NCBI GenBank assembly: GCA_023256515.1
Contig: JAGDYD010000031.1
Coordinates: 1 to 40,259 of the forward strand
DNA length: 40,259 nucleotides
Origin: Candidatus Micrarchaeota archaeon
GTDB lineage: Archaea > Micrarchaeota > Micrarchaeia > Micrarchaeales > CABMGC01
Direction: 5' to 3'
Below the pieces are notes generated by a model. It was not told where the DNA came from, did no database searches, and saw only the letters and a program-made list of their open reading frames with translations. Position 1 is the stretch's first letter. Every line of letters starts with the position of its first letter. A program made the translations under genes and the position numbers. Positions 9,182 to 18,833 of this stretch are shown here, piece by piece.

Positions 9182-10168
9182 ATGATATCATTTGAAAAAT
9201 TAGTTGCAAGGAATGTTGTAGTTTTTGTTTCCAGAGAACTTGACCTTGCAGGATCAAAAATGACAGTCAATAGATTCCTTGGAATAGCCATAGTTGGGGG
9301 CATATTAATTCTTACTATTGTCTCATATTCTCTCTTCTTCCTTAAATTCAATGCAGGTATAGCTGCTCTGGCAGGCATAGGCTCTGCTATAATGTATGAA
9401 ATAATTTTATACATGCTTCTAGAATTCAATATAGAAAAGAGAAAGAGCTTTGTGGAAAGTATACTGCCAGACTATCTTGAGATAGTGGCTGCAAATGTAA
9501 GGAGTGGAATCTCATTAGACAAAGCAATGGTTTTAGCAGCTAGGCCGGAATTCAAATATTTCAGCGAAGATGTAAAGCTAGTAAACAAGCAGCTATATGC
9601 TGGTTCTACATTGCAAAGCATGCTAAACAGCCTGGCAGATAAATATAGATCACTGCAGCTGAAGCACACTGTAAGAATGCTCATAGAAGCTATACAGTAT
9701 GGAGGAGGCATGACAGATTTGCTAAACCAAGTTGCAAAAGATATAAGGAACCAACAAATGATACAAAAAGAAATATCAGGCCAATTGTTCATGTACACAA
9801 TTTTCATAGCTTTTGCTGCTATAATGGGAGCACCTACACTTTATGCACTTACCACCAAAATGATGACAATAACAGATACGGTTTGGGCGGGAATACTGGC
9901 ACAAAACCCAGGAGGGCTTCCAACAACAGGCGTCTCTTTCTTAAGGCCAAGCCCACCAAAGATTACTATAGGCATGTATCAAGATTTTGCCCTCACTGCA
10001 GTAATATTGATATCTGGATTTGGAGCATTTATAGTATCTGCAATTTCAACTGGCTCTGTGATAAAAGGATTGAGATATTTGCCTATATTCATAGTGGTTG
10101 GCTTAGGAGTATTCTATGTCGTAGGTGCAGTTATAGGATCTATGTTTGCTAGTATAAGCGGAATATAG
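9182..10168 (+). CDS. Type IV filament platform protein, single T2SSF domain (TadC/EpdK-like second half)
   Basis: It has a T2SSF-type domain (LPDYLEIVAANVRSGISLDKAMVLAARPEF...) plus membrane helices. The ATG at 9182 lies 5 nt after the upstream stop. The track start at 9167 is a TTG inside the previous gene. Confidence 0.8.
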   Translation: MISFEKLVARNVVVFVSRELDLAGSKMTVNRFLGIAIVGGILILTIVSYSLFFLKFNAGIAALAGIGSAIMYEIILYMLLEFNIEKRKSFVESILPDYLEIVAANVRSGISLDKAMVLAARPEFKYFSEDVKLVNKQLYAGSTLQSMLNSLADKYRSLQLKHTVRMLIEAIQYGGGMTDLLNQVAKDIRNQQMIQKEISGQLFMYTIFIAFAAIMGAPTLYALTTKMMTITDTVWAGILAQNPGGLPTTGVSFLRPSPPKITIGMYQDFALTAVILISGFGAFIVSAISTGSVIKGLRYLPIFIVVGLGVFYVVGAVIGSMFASISGI

Positions 10169-10169
10169 A

Positions 10170-12830
10170 TCAACCATTTAGCCCAAATCCACTTTTTTCA
10201 TTTATTATTCCAATTATACCCATACCTGCATTAGGATAAGATCCTGAAATAGGAGAGTAATGAACATTGTATGCCGTAGCATTATTACCAATGCCACTAT
10301 AATCATTTGAATTCCCAAGCAGAGGATACCACAATACAAGATTCTGCAGATCTATAGGAGCACCTGCAATGCCATTTTTATAAATTGAATAAATTTGCTG
10401 CTTTGACAATGTCGTGTTGTAGAATTGATAATTAGCCATTTCTCCTTGGAAATAAGCCGCGCCATCCCCACAATTCGTATAATCAGAGGGGCCAAGAGGA
10501 TAATACATTTGAGATGTACCACCAGGTATGCTTCTGCTTCCTGTTCCTGAGTTCTTATAAACACCATTTATATAGCCTGAATAATTAAGAGAAACACCAT
10601 TGTATGATAAAGACATTACTATATTGGACCAAGAGTTTAATGGTATAGGACCAAGATTCACGCAACCCAAATTCCAGACACGAATATAAACATTACCATT
10701 TACCAGATCTATCCATGTATCATGCCAATTCGTATTTATAGAACTCTGCCCCAATTCATCAACTATATCACCATTTGGCGAAGAAGGATTTACCCATATT
10801 GAGATAGTTGCAGGCTGTATTGCATTATTCATGAATCCAAAGCCATTATTTTGTATTATATAACCAGTCCCGCTGAACCCAGCAACATCGAAGTTCTGCG
10901 AGACTTCAAGAGGCAATTTGCCAATATACAATGCAGATTTGCAGTTTGTACCACTTATGCAAGAAAGCGTTCCTGGCACAGGATAAGTTGCTGGTGTAGG
11001 TACAATATATATTGAATCTCTAGTATAGTTGAGCGGCGATGAATATGAAATTGAAACAGGTGTACCGTTGTCTCCAAATCCACTATAATCGTTCGCATTG
11101 CCATTTAGAGGCCACCAGCCGACTAAGCCAGCATTGCTTATAGGCAAACCGGCTATTCCTTCTTGATATAGATGCTGTATTTGTTGCCCAGAAAGTGATG
11201 TATTATAAATCTGAACATTTGCTATAGAGCCATTGAAGAAATTATTTGAATTATCGTTTCTACTTCCTATGTTTGTTGGACCAGAAGGCTGATTTATTGA
11301 ACCCGTAACTGTAGATTGATTTACTTTGTTTCCATTTACATAAATTGAGATATAGTTCCCATTATAAGTGCCTGTTATAAAATACCATTTATTTGTTTGA
11401 GAAAATGCGTGAGGTGCAGTTACAGGGCCATACCATGAACCACCGATATTAACCCAAAAGTCTCCCTCCATGTTATTATTGTTGTTTATTGCCAATACAA
11501 ATCCCCCGTTTTGATTTTCCTTTGAACTGACTATTGTCTCTCTAGGCCCATTTACATTTTTTGAAGAAGCAGGCATTATCCATGCAGATACTGTTACTGA
11601 ATACTGGCCAACATTTATATTGTTTGAGATTGTTATGTGGCTGTTTTGCCCATTGAAGTTTGCTGCTTGCCTATTCATGTTTTCAAATGTAAATATACCA
11701 TTTGGAGATATATCTCCAAAATTGCCAGACACCCTTTCACTATAAGAAGGTAAGAAAGGAGAAGCAAAATAGAAACCGTTTTGTATTGCACTTCTCAATC
11801 TGCTTATATCTAAAATATCCATGCCAGGACCATATAATAATACTTTTGCGCCGTTTGGAATTTGGTTTAATATGTTTGTCGAGCTTGAATAAACAAGCCA
11901 CGGTATATTTGGAGGAGAGCTTATACTATTTATTGAATATGTTACAAGACCGCCAAACCTATTTGCAGCATTGCATGTTCCATTTGTTATGTAAACCGCA
12001 TTTGGAGTTGCAAGTATCACAGACTTGTTCAAAGGTGCTGTTTGAGCCCATTTTGGAATATTGCTCGATAAGCTCGTGCAAGTTACCCCGCTAGGGACAT
12101 GCAACACTATACCATATATAAAAGCATTTTGGCTTGAGTTACCATATGCTGCATATGCATTGCCTACCACACTTGAAAGATTGCTTATAGAAGAAAAGCG
12201 TATTTCCCTTTGTATTCCTTGCTGCGCGTAGAACAAATCAAGCGTGCCATTTAAAGGAATTGAAGCATAAACAGGTATGGAATAATTATATATTCCAGAT
12301 TCTGTAGAAACTGAAACATTTTCTAAAAAGTAAATCGAGAGATTATAAGGCCCGTTTTGATATATGATCGGATTTGACTCAGTAATTTCCACACTTATTG
12401 GAGAAGGCTTTAGATTTTTTATTATGGAAAGATTGTAAGACAAAAATGTTGAATTACCCATGTATGATGCAATGATATTTGCTGCTATTGAATTTCTAGG
12501 AACGTTTGGAAGTGTACCATTTACTATAAGATCGCCAAGGTACAGGCTTAGGTTAGATACTAAGTTGTCTTTCCTAAGGCTCGCATTATATTCATATTTA
12601 GTCAAAGTTGACAAAGCCCTTGAAAGAGACTCTTGGGCAAAAGAGCTTGCCATGGATTTTAAAGCAGATGCATAATTTATTGATTGAGATACAGATGAGG
12701 CGCTTTGCTGTATTTTGTTGTAGCTTATATTTAGCATTATAAATACGAAAAGCTCAGCTATCATCAGCGTGAATAGCACAACTACCAATATCGTCATTAG
12801 GAATCCTCTTTTTCTTTTTATCAATGCCAT
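10170..12830 (-). CDS. Giant pilin-like surface protein: class III signal-like N-terminus, about 380-aa N-domain, two Laminin_G_3 (ConA-like lectin) modules
   Basis: The N-terminus is MALIKRKRGFLMTILVVVLFTLMIAELFVF. Two LamG module ends are present: FFNGSIANVQIYNTSLSGQQIQHLYQEGIAGLPISNAGLVGWWPLNGNANDYSG and FQGEMANYQFYNTTLSKQQIYSIYKNGIAGAPIDLQNLVLWYPLLGNSNDYSG. There are ten N-x-S/T sequons in the first roughly 200 aa. It is the last gene of the - strand operon. Confidence 0.75.
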   Translation of the reverse strand: MALIKRKRGFLMTILVVVLFTLMIAELFVFIMLNISYNKIQQSASSVSQSINYASALKSMASSFAQESLSRALSTLTKYEYNASLRKDNLVSNLSLYLGDLIVNGTLPNVPRNSIAANIIASYMGNSTFLSYNLSIIKNLKPSPISVEITESNPIIYQNGPYNLSIYFLENVSVSTESGIYNYSIPVYASIPLNGTLDLFYAQQGIQREIRFSSISNLSSVVGNAYAAYGNSSQNAFIYGIVLHVPSGVTCTSLSSNIPKWAQTAPLNKSVILATPNAVYITNGTCNAANRFGGLVTYSINSISSPPNIPWLVYSSSTNILNQIPNGAKVLLYGPGMDILDISRLRSAIQNGFYFASPFLPSYSERVSGNFGDISPNGIFTFENMNRQAANFNGQNSHITISNNINVGQYSVTVSAWIMPASSKNVNGPRETIVSSKENQNGGFVLAINNNNNMEGDFWVNIGGSWYGPVTAPHAFSQTNKWYFITGTYNGNYISIYVNGNKVNQSTVTGSINQPSGPTNIGSRNDNSNNFFNGSIANVQIYNTSLSGQQIQHLYQEGIAGLPISNAGLVGWWPLNGNANDYSGFGDNGTPVSISYSSPLNYTRDSIYIVPTPATYPVPGTLSCISGTNCKSALYIGKLPLEVSQNFDVAGFSGTGYIIQNNGFGFMNNAIQPATISIWVNPSSPNGDIVDELGQSSINTNWHDTWIDLVNGNVYIRVWNLGCVNLGPIPLNSWSNIVMSLSYNGVSLNYSGYINGVYKNSGTGSRSIPGGTSQMYYPLGPSDYTNCGDGAAYFQGEMANYQFYNTTLSKQQIYSIYKNGIAGAPIDLQNLVLWYPLLGNSNDYSGIGNNATAYNVHYSPISGSYPNAGMGIIGIINEKSGFGLNG
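11114..11165. repeat. 52-nt exact direct repeat, copy 1 (LamG module junction)
   Basis: accagccgactaagccagcattgcttataggcaaaccggctattccttcttg is identical base for base to 16820-16871. On the - strand it encodes QEGIAGLPISNAGLVGW. Confidence 0.9.
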
Positions 12831-14980
12831 GCTACAACACTCACATTGTATATATAAGTTGAATTAAACTGAGAATTATAAATAGGAAGCACTGTGCTTG
12901 CTTTGCTAACAATATGTGAATTGTAAAGGCCTGGAGAGAGAGGGGCATTTCTAAGTATTGATTGACAAGGATTTGAAGAATAGCCAGAGTTGTTAAGGTT
13001 ATATACATCAGATATGCAACCATCTGGATACCATGCGACTAGTCCCGTATTTATTGGAGAACCGCCAGGACCCTCTAGATACAATTGTCCAACCTGCTGA
13101 GGGCTTAAAGCTGTGCTATATATTTGTATGTTTGATATAAGACCATTAAATGTATAACTGCCCATTGGCAAGTAACCAATATAAAATGGGCTTACCCCAT
13201 GTGCTATTGGGGCTTTCTGCTTTAGCGAAGAAACTAAATTACCATTAACAAAGAGGTTTAGCTGGTCGGTTACTTGATTATATTCTGCTACTATATGATA
13301 CCATTGATCTAAGCTTAATTTTGCCCCCACTCTTGAATTTGGGGCACTCATATTGTTTGTAAATATCAGCACATAGTTTGAAGAAAGGTTTGATGATTGA
13401 TAAACATATGGATAGCCAGAACTAAGATTCTGCTGGCCAATTATGCCGTTATTTGGATACCATGAATATGGATATATCCAAAAAGACCATGAATAGCTTG
13501 GAGTATCAAGATCTTGATTAGAGATATAACCATACGTATTGACATAATATGTCGAGCCTTTAATAGATGTGCTATTTACTCCTTTTCCTGAAACAATTAT
13601 TGTATAATTATACATAGGATATATAGAGCTAGCCAGTGATTCTGCGCAGGATGTTTGATTATTTACGTATAAGTACGCTACTGCATATATAATTGAGGTA
13701 TCTCCATTTATGCCAGGCATATTACAGCCGCCAAATGCTATCACCTTATTGCCAGATATTGCAAACAACTTACCATATGCTATAGCCAAGTAAGGCGAAA
13801 ATATAGTTTTTGGTGGCAAGCCAAAAACCCAAAGCAAATTGCCATTTTGCAGATTTTGAGCAGTTAAGTTACCAGACCAAACAGAATATACAATATTGCC
13901 GCCAACAACGGGCTTGGTATTTGATGGAGCTGTACCAAAAGGCATAGGCATGCTCCATAGCGTAGAGCCTGAAGGGCTAAGTGCAAGAATAGAGCTTGAG
14001 CCTTGGTATAAGACTATTCCTTTATAAGCATTTACACCTTGTATTGTAGAGCCAGCACTTATGCCACCAAATAGCAATGTACCGTTTATGTAGCTTGCAT
14101 TTGCATTGCTCCCAGATCCATAATAAAATACACTTCCAAGAGAAGCAAGATTGCTTAGGCTTGCTTGGGCTTTTATAGGATAGAGGAGCTCTGCATTATC
14201 CTGAGAAATAACTATTGTTCCCAGATAGTTTGATGATGTTTTGAAAGCTAGTGAGCCTTCTGCTGCTGCAAATGATGTAGGCTCTTGCCCTATGTTTAAA
14301 GACCATGCTATATTGCCATTATTAGGGTATAATGCGTATGCATAATAATTGCTTGCGCCAAATATGAGTTTGCCATCATATACATATATAGGCGTTCCAA
14401 GCTGCACCTGAGATCCAGCAATTGTAACTATATTTGAGCTCCAAGCCAAATTGCCGTTCAAAGCATTAAGCGCCGTTATGTTTGTAGAATTAGCATAAAT
14501 TACCAAATTATTGTATATCGCAGGCGTAGACTGTATAGGGGTTTGTGCATTTTTTATCCATGATTTAGTCCCAGTAGTGGCATTAACTGCATACAAATAC
14601 TGGCCAGATCCAAAATATATATTGCCATAATCTGCAACTATGCCAGTCTGTATATTGCTCTGAGCAGAGAATTCAAAAGAAACAAATGGATAAATCGGCC
14701 CATAAGAAGAGCCAGCATCGCCTTCGCTATTTTTCCATTGCTGTGGCCAATATGAAGAATAGCCATTGCTTAAGCTTGCTATTTGGTATGCCAGCTTATT
14801 GCTTTGACTTATACTCGATATATTTGCATTCTCAAGCTGACTGAGTATAGAAGAGGCTTCGCTATACCTAAAAGAGTATGAAACTTGTGGGACATAGAAG
14901 AAATATAGCATTATAGATATGCTTGCAACTGCTATTATCAAAGCAAACAGAGCATCTAATGTGAAAACAACACCTTTCAT
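12821..14980 (-). CDS. Pilin-like surface protein: class III signal-like N-terminus, PQQ-type beta-propeller, one Laminin_G_3 module
   Basis: The N-terminus is MKGVVFTLDALFALIIAVASISIMLYFF. Repeated propeller-blade motifs are present (YLYAVNATTGTKSWIK, ITALNALNGNLAWSS, YAYALYPNNGNIAWSL, ILALSPSGSTLWSM, LTAQNLQNGNLLWVF). The C-terminal LamG module ends in FNGLISNIQIYSTALSPQQVGQLYLEGPGGSPINTGLVAWYPDG. Confidence 0.75.
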   Translation of the reverse strand: MKGVVFTLDALFALIIAVASISIMLYFFYVPQVSYSFRYSEASSILSQLENANISSISQSNKLAYQIASLSNGYSSYWPQQWKNSEGDAGSSYGPIYPFVSFEFSAQSNIQTGIVADYGNIYFGSGQYLYAVNATTGTKSWIKNAQTPIQSTPAIYNNLVIYANSTNITALNALNGNLAWSSNIVTIAGSQVQLGTPIYVYDGKLIFGASNYYAYALYPNNGNIAWSLNIGQEPTSFAAAEGSLAFKTSSNYLGTIVISQDNAELLYPIKAQASLSNLASLGSVFYYGSGSNANASYINGTLLFGGISAGSTIQGVNAYKGIVLYQGSSSILALSPSGSTLWSMPMPFGTAPSNTKPVVGGNIVYSVWSGNLTAQNLQNGNLLWVFGLPPKTIFSPYLAIAYGKLFAISGNKVIAFGGCNMPGINGDTSIIYAVAYLYVNNQTSCAESLASSIYPMYNYTIIVSGKGVNSTSIKGSTYYVNTYGYISNQDLDTPSYSWSFWIYPYSWYPNNGIIGQQNLSSGYPYVYQSSNLSSNYVLIFTNNMSAPNSRVGAKLSLDQWYHIVAEYNQVTDQLNLFVNGNLVSSLKQKAPIAHGVSPFYIGYLPMGSYTFNGLISNIQIYSTALSPQQVGQLYLEGPGGSPINTGLVAWYPDGCISDVYNLNNSGYSSNPCQSILRNAPLSPGLYNSHIVSKASTVLPIYNSQFNSTYIYNVSVVAWH

Positions 14981-15507
14981 TATTCAACACCAAATGATGT
15001 ATTAGTCCAAACCATTACCTGCATTGTAGAAGGAACATTGTTTATTATTATTGGCTTATTTACAACATAAATGCTAAGCGCCCTATTGGTATATGGATTG
15101 GCGCCTATTCCAAATTTTATACCTTGATAATTTACAACTATATAATAATCATAGCTTACGCCCATCGCTTGCTTAGTAGCTTGGTAATTCGCATTTGCCA
15201 TGCTCTCCAATGTTGAAAGCTTCTGCATAGATAATTGACCATTTGAGCCAAGCAAGCCTATTGATATGTTGGACCAGGATAGTGGATTGTTTATGCTTAC
15301 TAAAGAGCTCCAAGAAGCAGGATTCCCTGGAGTAAGCAACCTATTTGCCAAAGCCTGGGCTTCAAGCTGCATAGAACCTGCACTATAGCCATAAGAAAGA
15401 GAGAATTGATTGTTTATACTATACCATACAAAAGCGAGTATGGTAATGGCAAATCCAAATATAACCATGGCAAATATTACATCAAATGACCAAAATTGAA
15501 GCTTCAT
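14980..15507 (-). CDS. Small pilin-like protein (minor pilin candidate)
   Basis: The N-terminus MKLQFWSFDVIFAMVIFGFAITILAFVWYS is followed by a roughly 140-aa Ser/Asn/Gly-rich, beta-rich region. It overlaps both neighbours (ATGA upstream, TAATG downstream). Confidence 0.55.
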   Translation of the reverse strand: MKLQFWSFDVIFAMVIFGFAITILAFVWYSINNQFSLSYGYSAGSMQLEAQALANRLLTPGNPASWSSLVSINNPLSWSNISIGLLGSNGQLSMQKLSTLESMANANYQATKQAMGVSYDYYIVVNYQGIKFGIGANPYTNRALSIYVVNKPIIINNVPSTMQVMVWTNTSFGVE

Positions 15508-18500
15508 GGCAAAACACCCATATCAACTTCAGCGCTCGCATAGGCAGGATACTTATTATTATAAAGCTCCATCATTTGCTTAGGTGATAATGCTTTGTTG
15601 TATATCTGAAGGTTTGAAATAGAGCCATTTAAACCTTGGAATGATTGGCCGCCAAGATAGCCTATGTTAAAGCCAATTCCCATATAGTGCGTAGCTGCAT
15701 TATTTTCTGTTTGTGAAATGCCAGTTTGATTCATAGAGTTAACATACAATGTTGCTGCACTTCCTTTTGAAAGAACTGCGCCAACAAATACCCATGTATG
15801 GAGAGGAACTTGAATATTAGAAGAAAAAATTATGCCATTAGATGAAAGAGCCAAATGTGTATTGTTTATGAAAAGCATAAGTGTATTAGATGGGCTACCT
15901 TCGCTATATATAACAGGCGAATTTGAATATGAATTTAGGTAAATCATAGACGTAATAGTAAAATTACTCTTGCCGTTTAGAGGGGCATAGGATGAATTGT
16001 ATATATAGCTATTCTGCCCATTAAACTCTGCTCCTGAGCCACCGAAAGAATAATATGATGGCGAAAATGATGTCTGCTGCTGAGTATATGTAACATTATA
16101 AGGAATACCGTTGTTGCCATTCCCACTATAGTCTCTTGTATTGCCAAGCAATGGATACCAAGCAACAAGGCTAGAAGTCAAAGGAAGCCCATAAGGGCCC
16201 TCTTGGTATATTTGACTTACTTGTGAGTTTGTAAGATTTGTTGAGTAGAATTGAACATTTGCTATATTGCCAAAGAATTGATTTCCTGAAGGAGAATAAG
16301 CGCTTGTCAAGCCTATTTGAAAAGTACCAGGGGCAGCGTTGCCCAGTAGCTTGCCAACCTTCTTTGTCCATACCTGCTTGCCATTAAGATAAACAGTATA
16401 ATTTGCCCCGTTGTATGTTGCACCAACAAGGTTCCATGTATAGAGAGGAAAATATGAATTAACCCCTAGCCAGCCGCTCGTATTATAGCCATTTATCATT
16501 ATTTGAGTTGTGCCGCCAGTAGCAACCTCTATTGCTCCATTATCGCCAGCGCTTGTAGCTAAAACTCTGCTATATGATTCACTTGCGGTTGGAAATATCC
16601 ATGCAAAATAAGAAAACCTCGAATAATTTACCGGAACTATAGAAGGCACATTTATGAAAGAATCTGGTGTTGGATTGCCGCCAGGATTAAATGTTGCCAC
16701 ATATATGTTTGAATAGTTTCCAGAAGATGTTCCACTTGCTTTAACCATTTTCAAATTTCCGTATATTGCGCCATTATTTCCGCTACCGCTATAATCATTT
16801 GCATCCCCATCTAATGGGTACCAGCCGACTAAGCCAGCATTGCTTATAGGCAAACCGGCTATTCCTTCTTGGTAGAGCTGCCTAACTTGGCTAAAGCTTA
16901 GGGAAGAAGAATAAAATTGCACATTTGCTATTGAGCCATTGAAAAATGAGATTTGACTATTTAAAGTACCGGCGCCTATGCTCCAATTATCTGGAGTGCA
17001 TGTTTGTGGAGTTATTGAAATTGATCCCACCTCTACACCATCCAAAAACAATGTCTCTTGGTTGGATGTCTGGCTTAAAGCAACAAAATGCCATTTGTCA
17101 TCTGCAACAAAATAATTTGTATTAAATGCAAAAGTGCCTGTAGATGAAGAATCGCCGCCCGCCAAGTAGCCTTGTGGGGTAACATATATTACAGGAGAGT
17201 AGCAGCTTGCTATTGAAAGAGGCTGCGCATTTCCATTCCAGATTACCATACCACCTTTTGAAGTCTTGAACCATGTAGAAACAGTAAGTATTGAATTTGC
17301 TTGCGGTAATCCTTGTGGTAAGTTAATATATGAAGATGCGCCATCGAAATAGGCAGAGAAGCTTGGCGCATTCCAAAATGTGTTTTCCATAAACCCATTA
17401 ATCGATGAATTTGAGCTATATGCTATAGCACCATAGCCAAGATTTAAAGGATACCACGAAACAAGATTGCTTGATGTTGTGTAATTGCCGTTAAGTGCTG
17501 TTGCTTTAACTATGGCTGCGCCTGGTGCATTTACAAAATTAAGAAATGATGTCGCAACCCCATTTTGATTGGTCAGATTAGACTGCGGATCCATTGGCCC
17601 ATATGAAGAAGCAAAATTTACTAATGTGTTTGGCATAGGCTTGCCATTTGCATTTAGCACCTTTGCAAAGAATTGATATACAGTAGAGTATTCAACTGGA
17701 CCATAAGAAACACCATTATTGCCCCTACCACTATAATCATTTGCATTGCCATTTAGAGGCCACCATGCGATTAGATTATTTGTGCTTATAGGTGCACCAT
17801 CTATGCCTTCTTGGTAGATCTCTTTTAGCTGAAGAGGAGACAAAGAAGTATTATAAAATTGGACATTTGCTATAGAGCCATTGAATGCGTTGCTATCGCA
17901 TTGTGCAAATTGTGTCCCTATGGTTGCCTGTGACGATCCTGAATAGCTATTTGAATTTGTGGTTGTCGAGTTAACCCCATTTATTTCCCAATAATAATTT
18001 GGATAATTTACAGATACAGCAACAAAATACCATTTATTGTTAAATATAGAATATGGAAGCAAAGCACCACTTCCTGTATCTGCAGAAGAACATCTATGCA
18101 ATACTAAGCATGTATTGGGCAAGCAACTATTTTGCAAGCCAAATGCTTGGTAGCCAGAAAGCGAAAAGAGTGCAGTAGTCCAAGAATGCGAGAAGTTTTG
18201 AACGCTGCTCGGCCTAACCCACATTGTTATTGTGAAAGGATAATTTGTTCCAGATATAGGAACATTAGCCAATATAAATGTCTTTGAATTGTAGTTGCTG
18301 CTAGACCAAGGGCCACTAAATTCAGCAGCATAGATTTTTTCGCTTGAAAGAAATATTGATTTTGCTTCATTGCTTTGAGTGGCACATTGATAATCTAAAC
18401 ATATATTGCCGAATGAGTTTTGTATATACAAAGTCCCATTAGAATTTGGCAGTATATAGATATTTGAAGATCCTGGAGCAAGATAGGAAGGGCTTGAGAC

Positions 18501-18833
18501 AACATTTTTTGCCATGCTATATGCAACTGCCTTTATTACTTGCTTACCAACTTTTGCTTGCAATATAACTATGCCGTTTTTTGTTATTGTAATGTTATAT
18601 GGTATTATCCCTATAAAATTAGCTATAGAGACTGTTCCTGAATAGCCATTTCCTGCTTGCAGCGCTGCATCTATGCCACTCGCTATGCTTTGGGCTTGCA
18701 ATTGTAGCTGCGAAAATGTTTGGTCGCTTAAACCAAGGGATCTTTCGCTTGATATCAAAGCAAACATAAAGATGAATACAAGTAGCACAAATGAGAACAC
18801 TATCAGGAACTCAAGTGAAAGCTGAAGCTTCAT
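15504..18833 (-). CDS. Giant pilin-like surface protein: class III signal-like N-terminus, pilin-like head, four Laminin_G_3 modules and an Ig-like insert
   Basis: The ATG at 18833 gives MKLQLSLEFLIVFSFVLLVFIFMF; the track start at 18842 is an upstream GTG. Four module ends are present: FNGSIANVQFYNTSLSPLQLKEIYQEGI, FFNGSIANVQFYSSSLSFSQVRQLYQEGI, FFGNIANVQFYSTNLTNSQVSQIYQEGP and LNGSISNLQIYNKALSPKQMMELYNN. The openers are WWPLNGNANDYSGRGNNG, WYPLDGDANDYSGSGNNG and WYPLLGNTRDYSGNGNNG. An Ig-like stretch is KVLNANGKPMPNTLVNFASSYGP...AAIVKATALNG. Confidence 0.8.
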   Translation of the reverse strand: MKLQLSLEFLIVFSFVLLVFIFMFALISSERSLGLSDQTFSQLQLQAQSIASGIDAALQAGNGYSGTVSIANFIGIIPYNITITKNGIVILQAKVGKQVIKAVAYSMAKNVVSSPSYLAPGSSNIYILPNSNGTLYIQNSFGNICLDYQCATQSNEAKSIFLSSEKIYAAEFSGPWSSSNYNSKTFILANVPISGTNYPFTITMWVRPSSVQNFSHSWTTALFSLSGYQAFGLQNSCLPNTCLVLHRCSSADTGSGALLPYSIFNNKWYFVAVSVNYPNYYWEINGVNSTTTNSNSYSGSSQATIGTQFAQCDSNAFNGSIANVQFYNTSLSPLQLKEIYQEGIDGAPISTNNLIAWWPLNGNANDYSGRGNNGVSYGPVEYSTVYQFFAKVLNANGKPMPNTLVNFASSYGPMDPQSNLTNQNGVATSFLNFVNAPGAAIVKATALNGNYTTSSNLVSWYPLNLGYGAIAYSSNSSINGFMENTFWNAPSFSAYFDGASSYINLPQGLPQANSILTVSTWFKTSKGGMVIWNGNAQPLSIASCYSPVIYVTPQGYLAGGDSSSTGTFAFNTNYFVADDKWHFVALSQTSNQETLFLDGVEVGSISITPQTCTPDNWSIGAGTLNSQISFFNGSIANVQFYSSSLSFSQVRQLYQEGIAGLPISNAGLVGWYPLDGDANDYSGSGNNGAIYGNLKMVKASGTSSGNYSNIYVATFNPGGNPTPDSFINVPSIVPVNYSRFSYFAWIFPTASESYSRVLATSAGDNGAIEVATGGTTQIMINGYNTSGWLGVNSYFPLYTWNLVGATYNGANYTVYLNGKQVWTKKVGKLLGNAAPGTFQIGLTSAYSPSGNQFFGNIANVQFYSTNLTNSQVSQIYQEGPYGLPLTSSLVAWYPLLGNTRDYSGNGNNGIPYNVTYTQQQTSFSPSYYSFGGSGAEFNGQNSYIYNSSYAPLNGKSNFTITSMIYLNSYSNSPVIYSEGSPSNTLMLFINNTHLALSSNGIIFSSNIQVPLHTWVFVGAVLSKGSAATLYVNSMNQTGISQTENNAATHYMGIGFNIGYLGGQSFQGLNGSISNLQIYNKALSPKQMMELYNNKYPAYASAEVDMGVLP
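16820..16871. repeat. 52-nt exact direct repeat, copy 2 (LamG module junction)
   Basis: It is identical to 11114-11165. The flanking bases differ on both sides. A further 23-nt identical block, gcattgccatttagaggccacca, links 11095-11117 and 17743-17765 and encodes WWPLNGNA. Confidence 0.9.
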
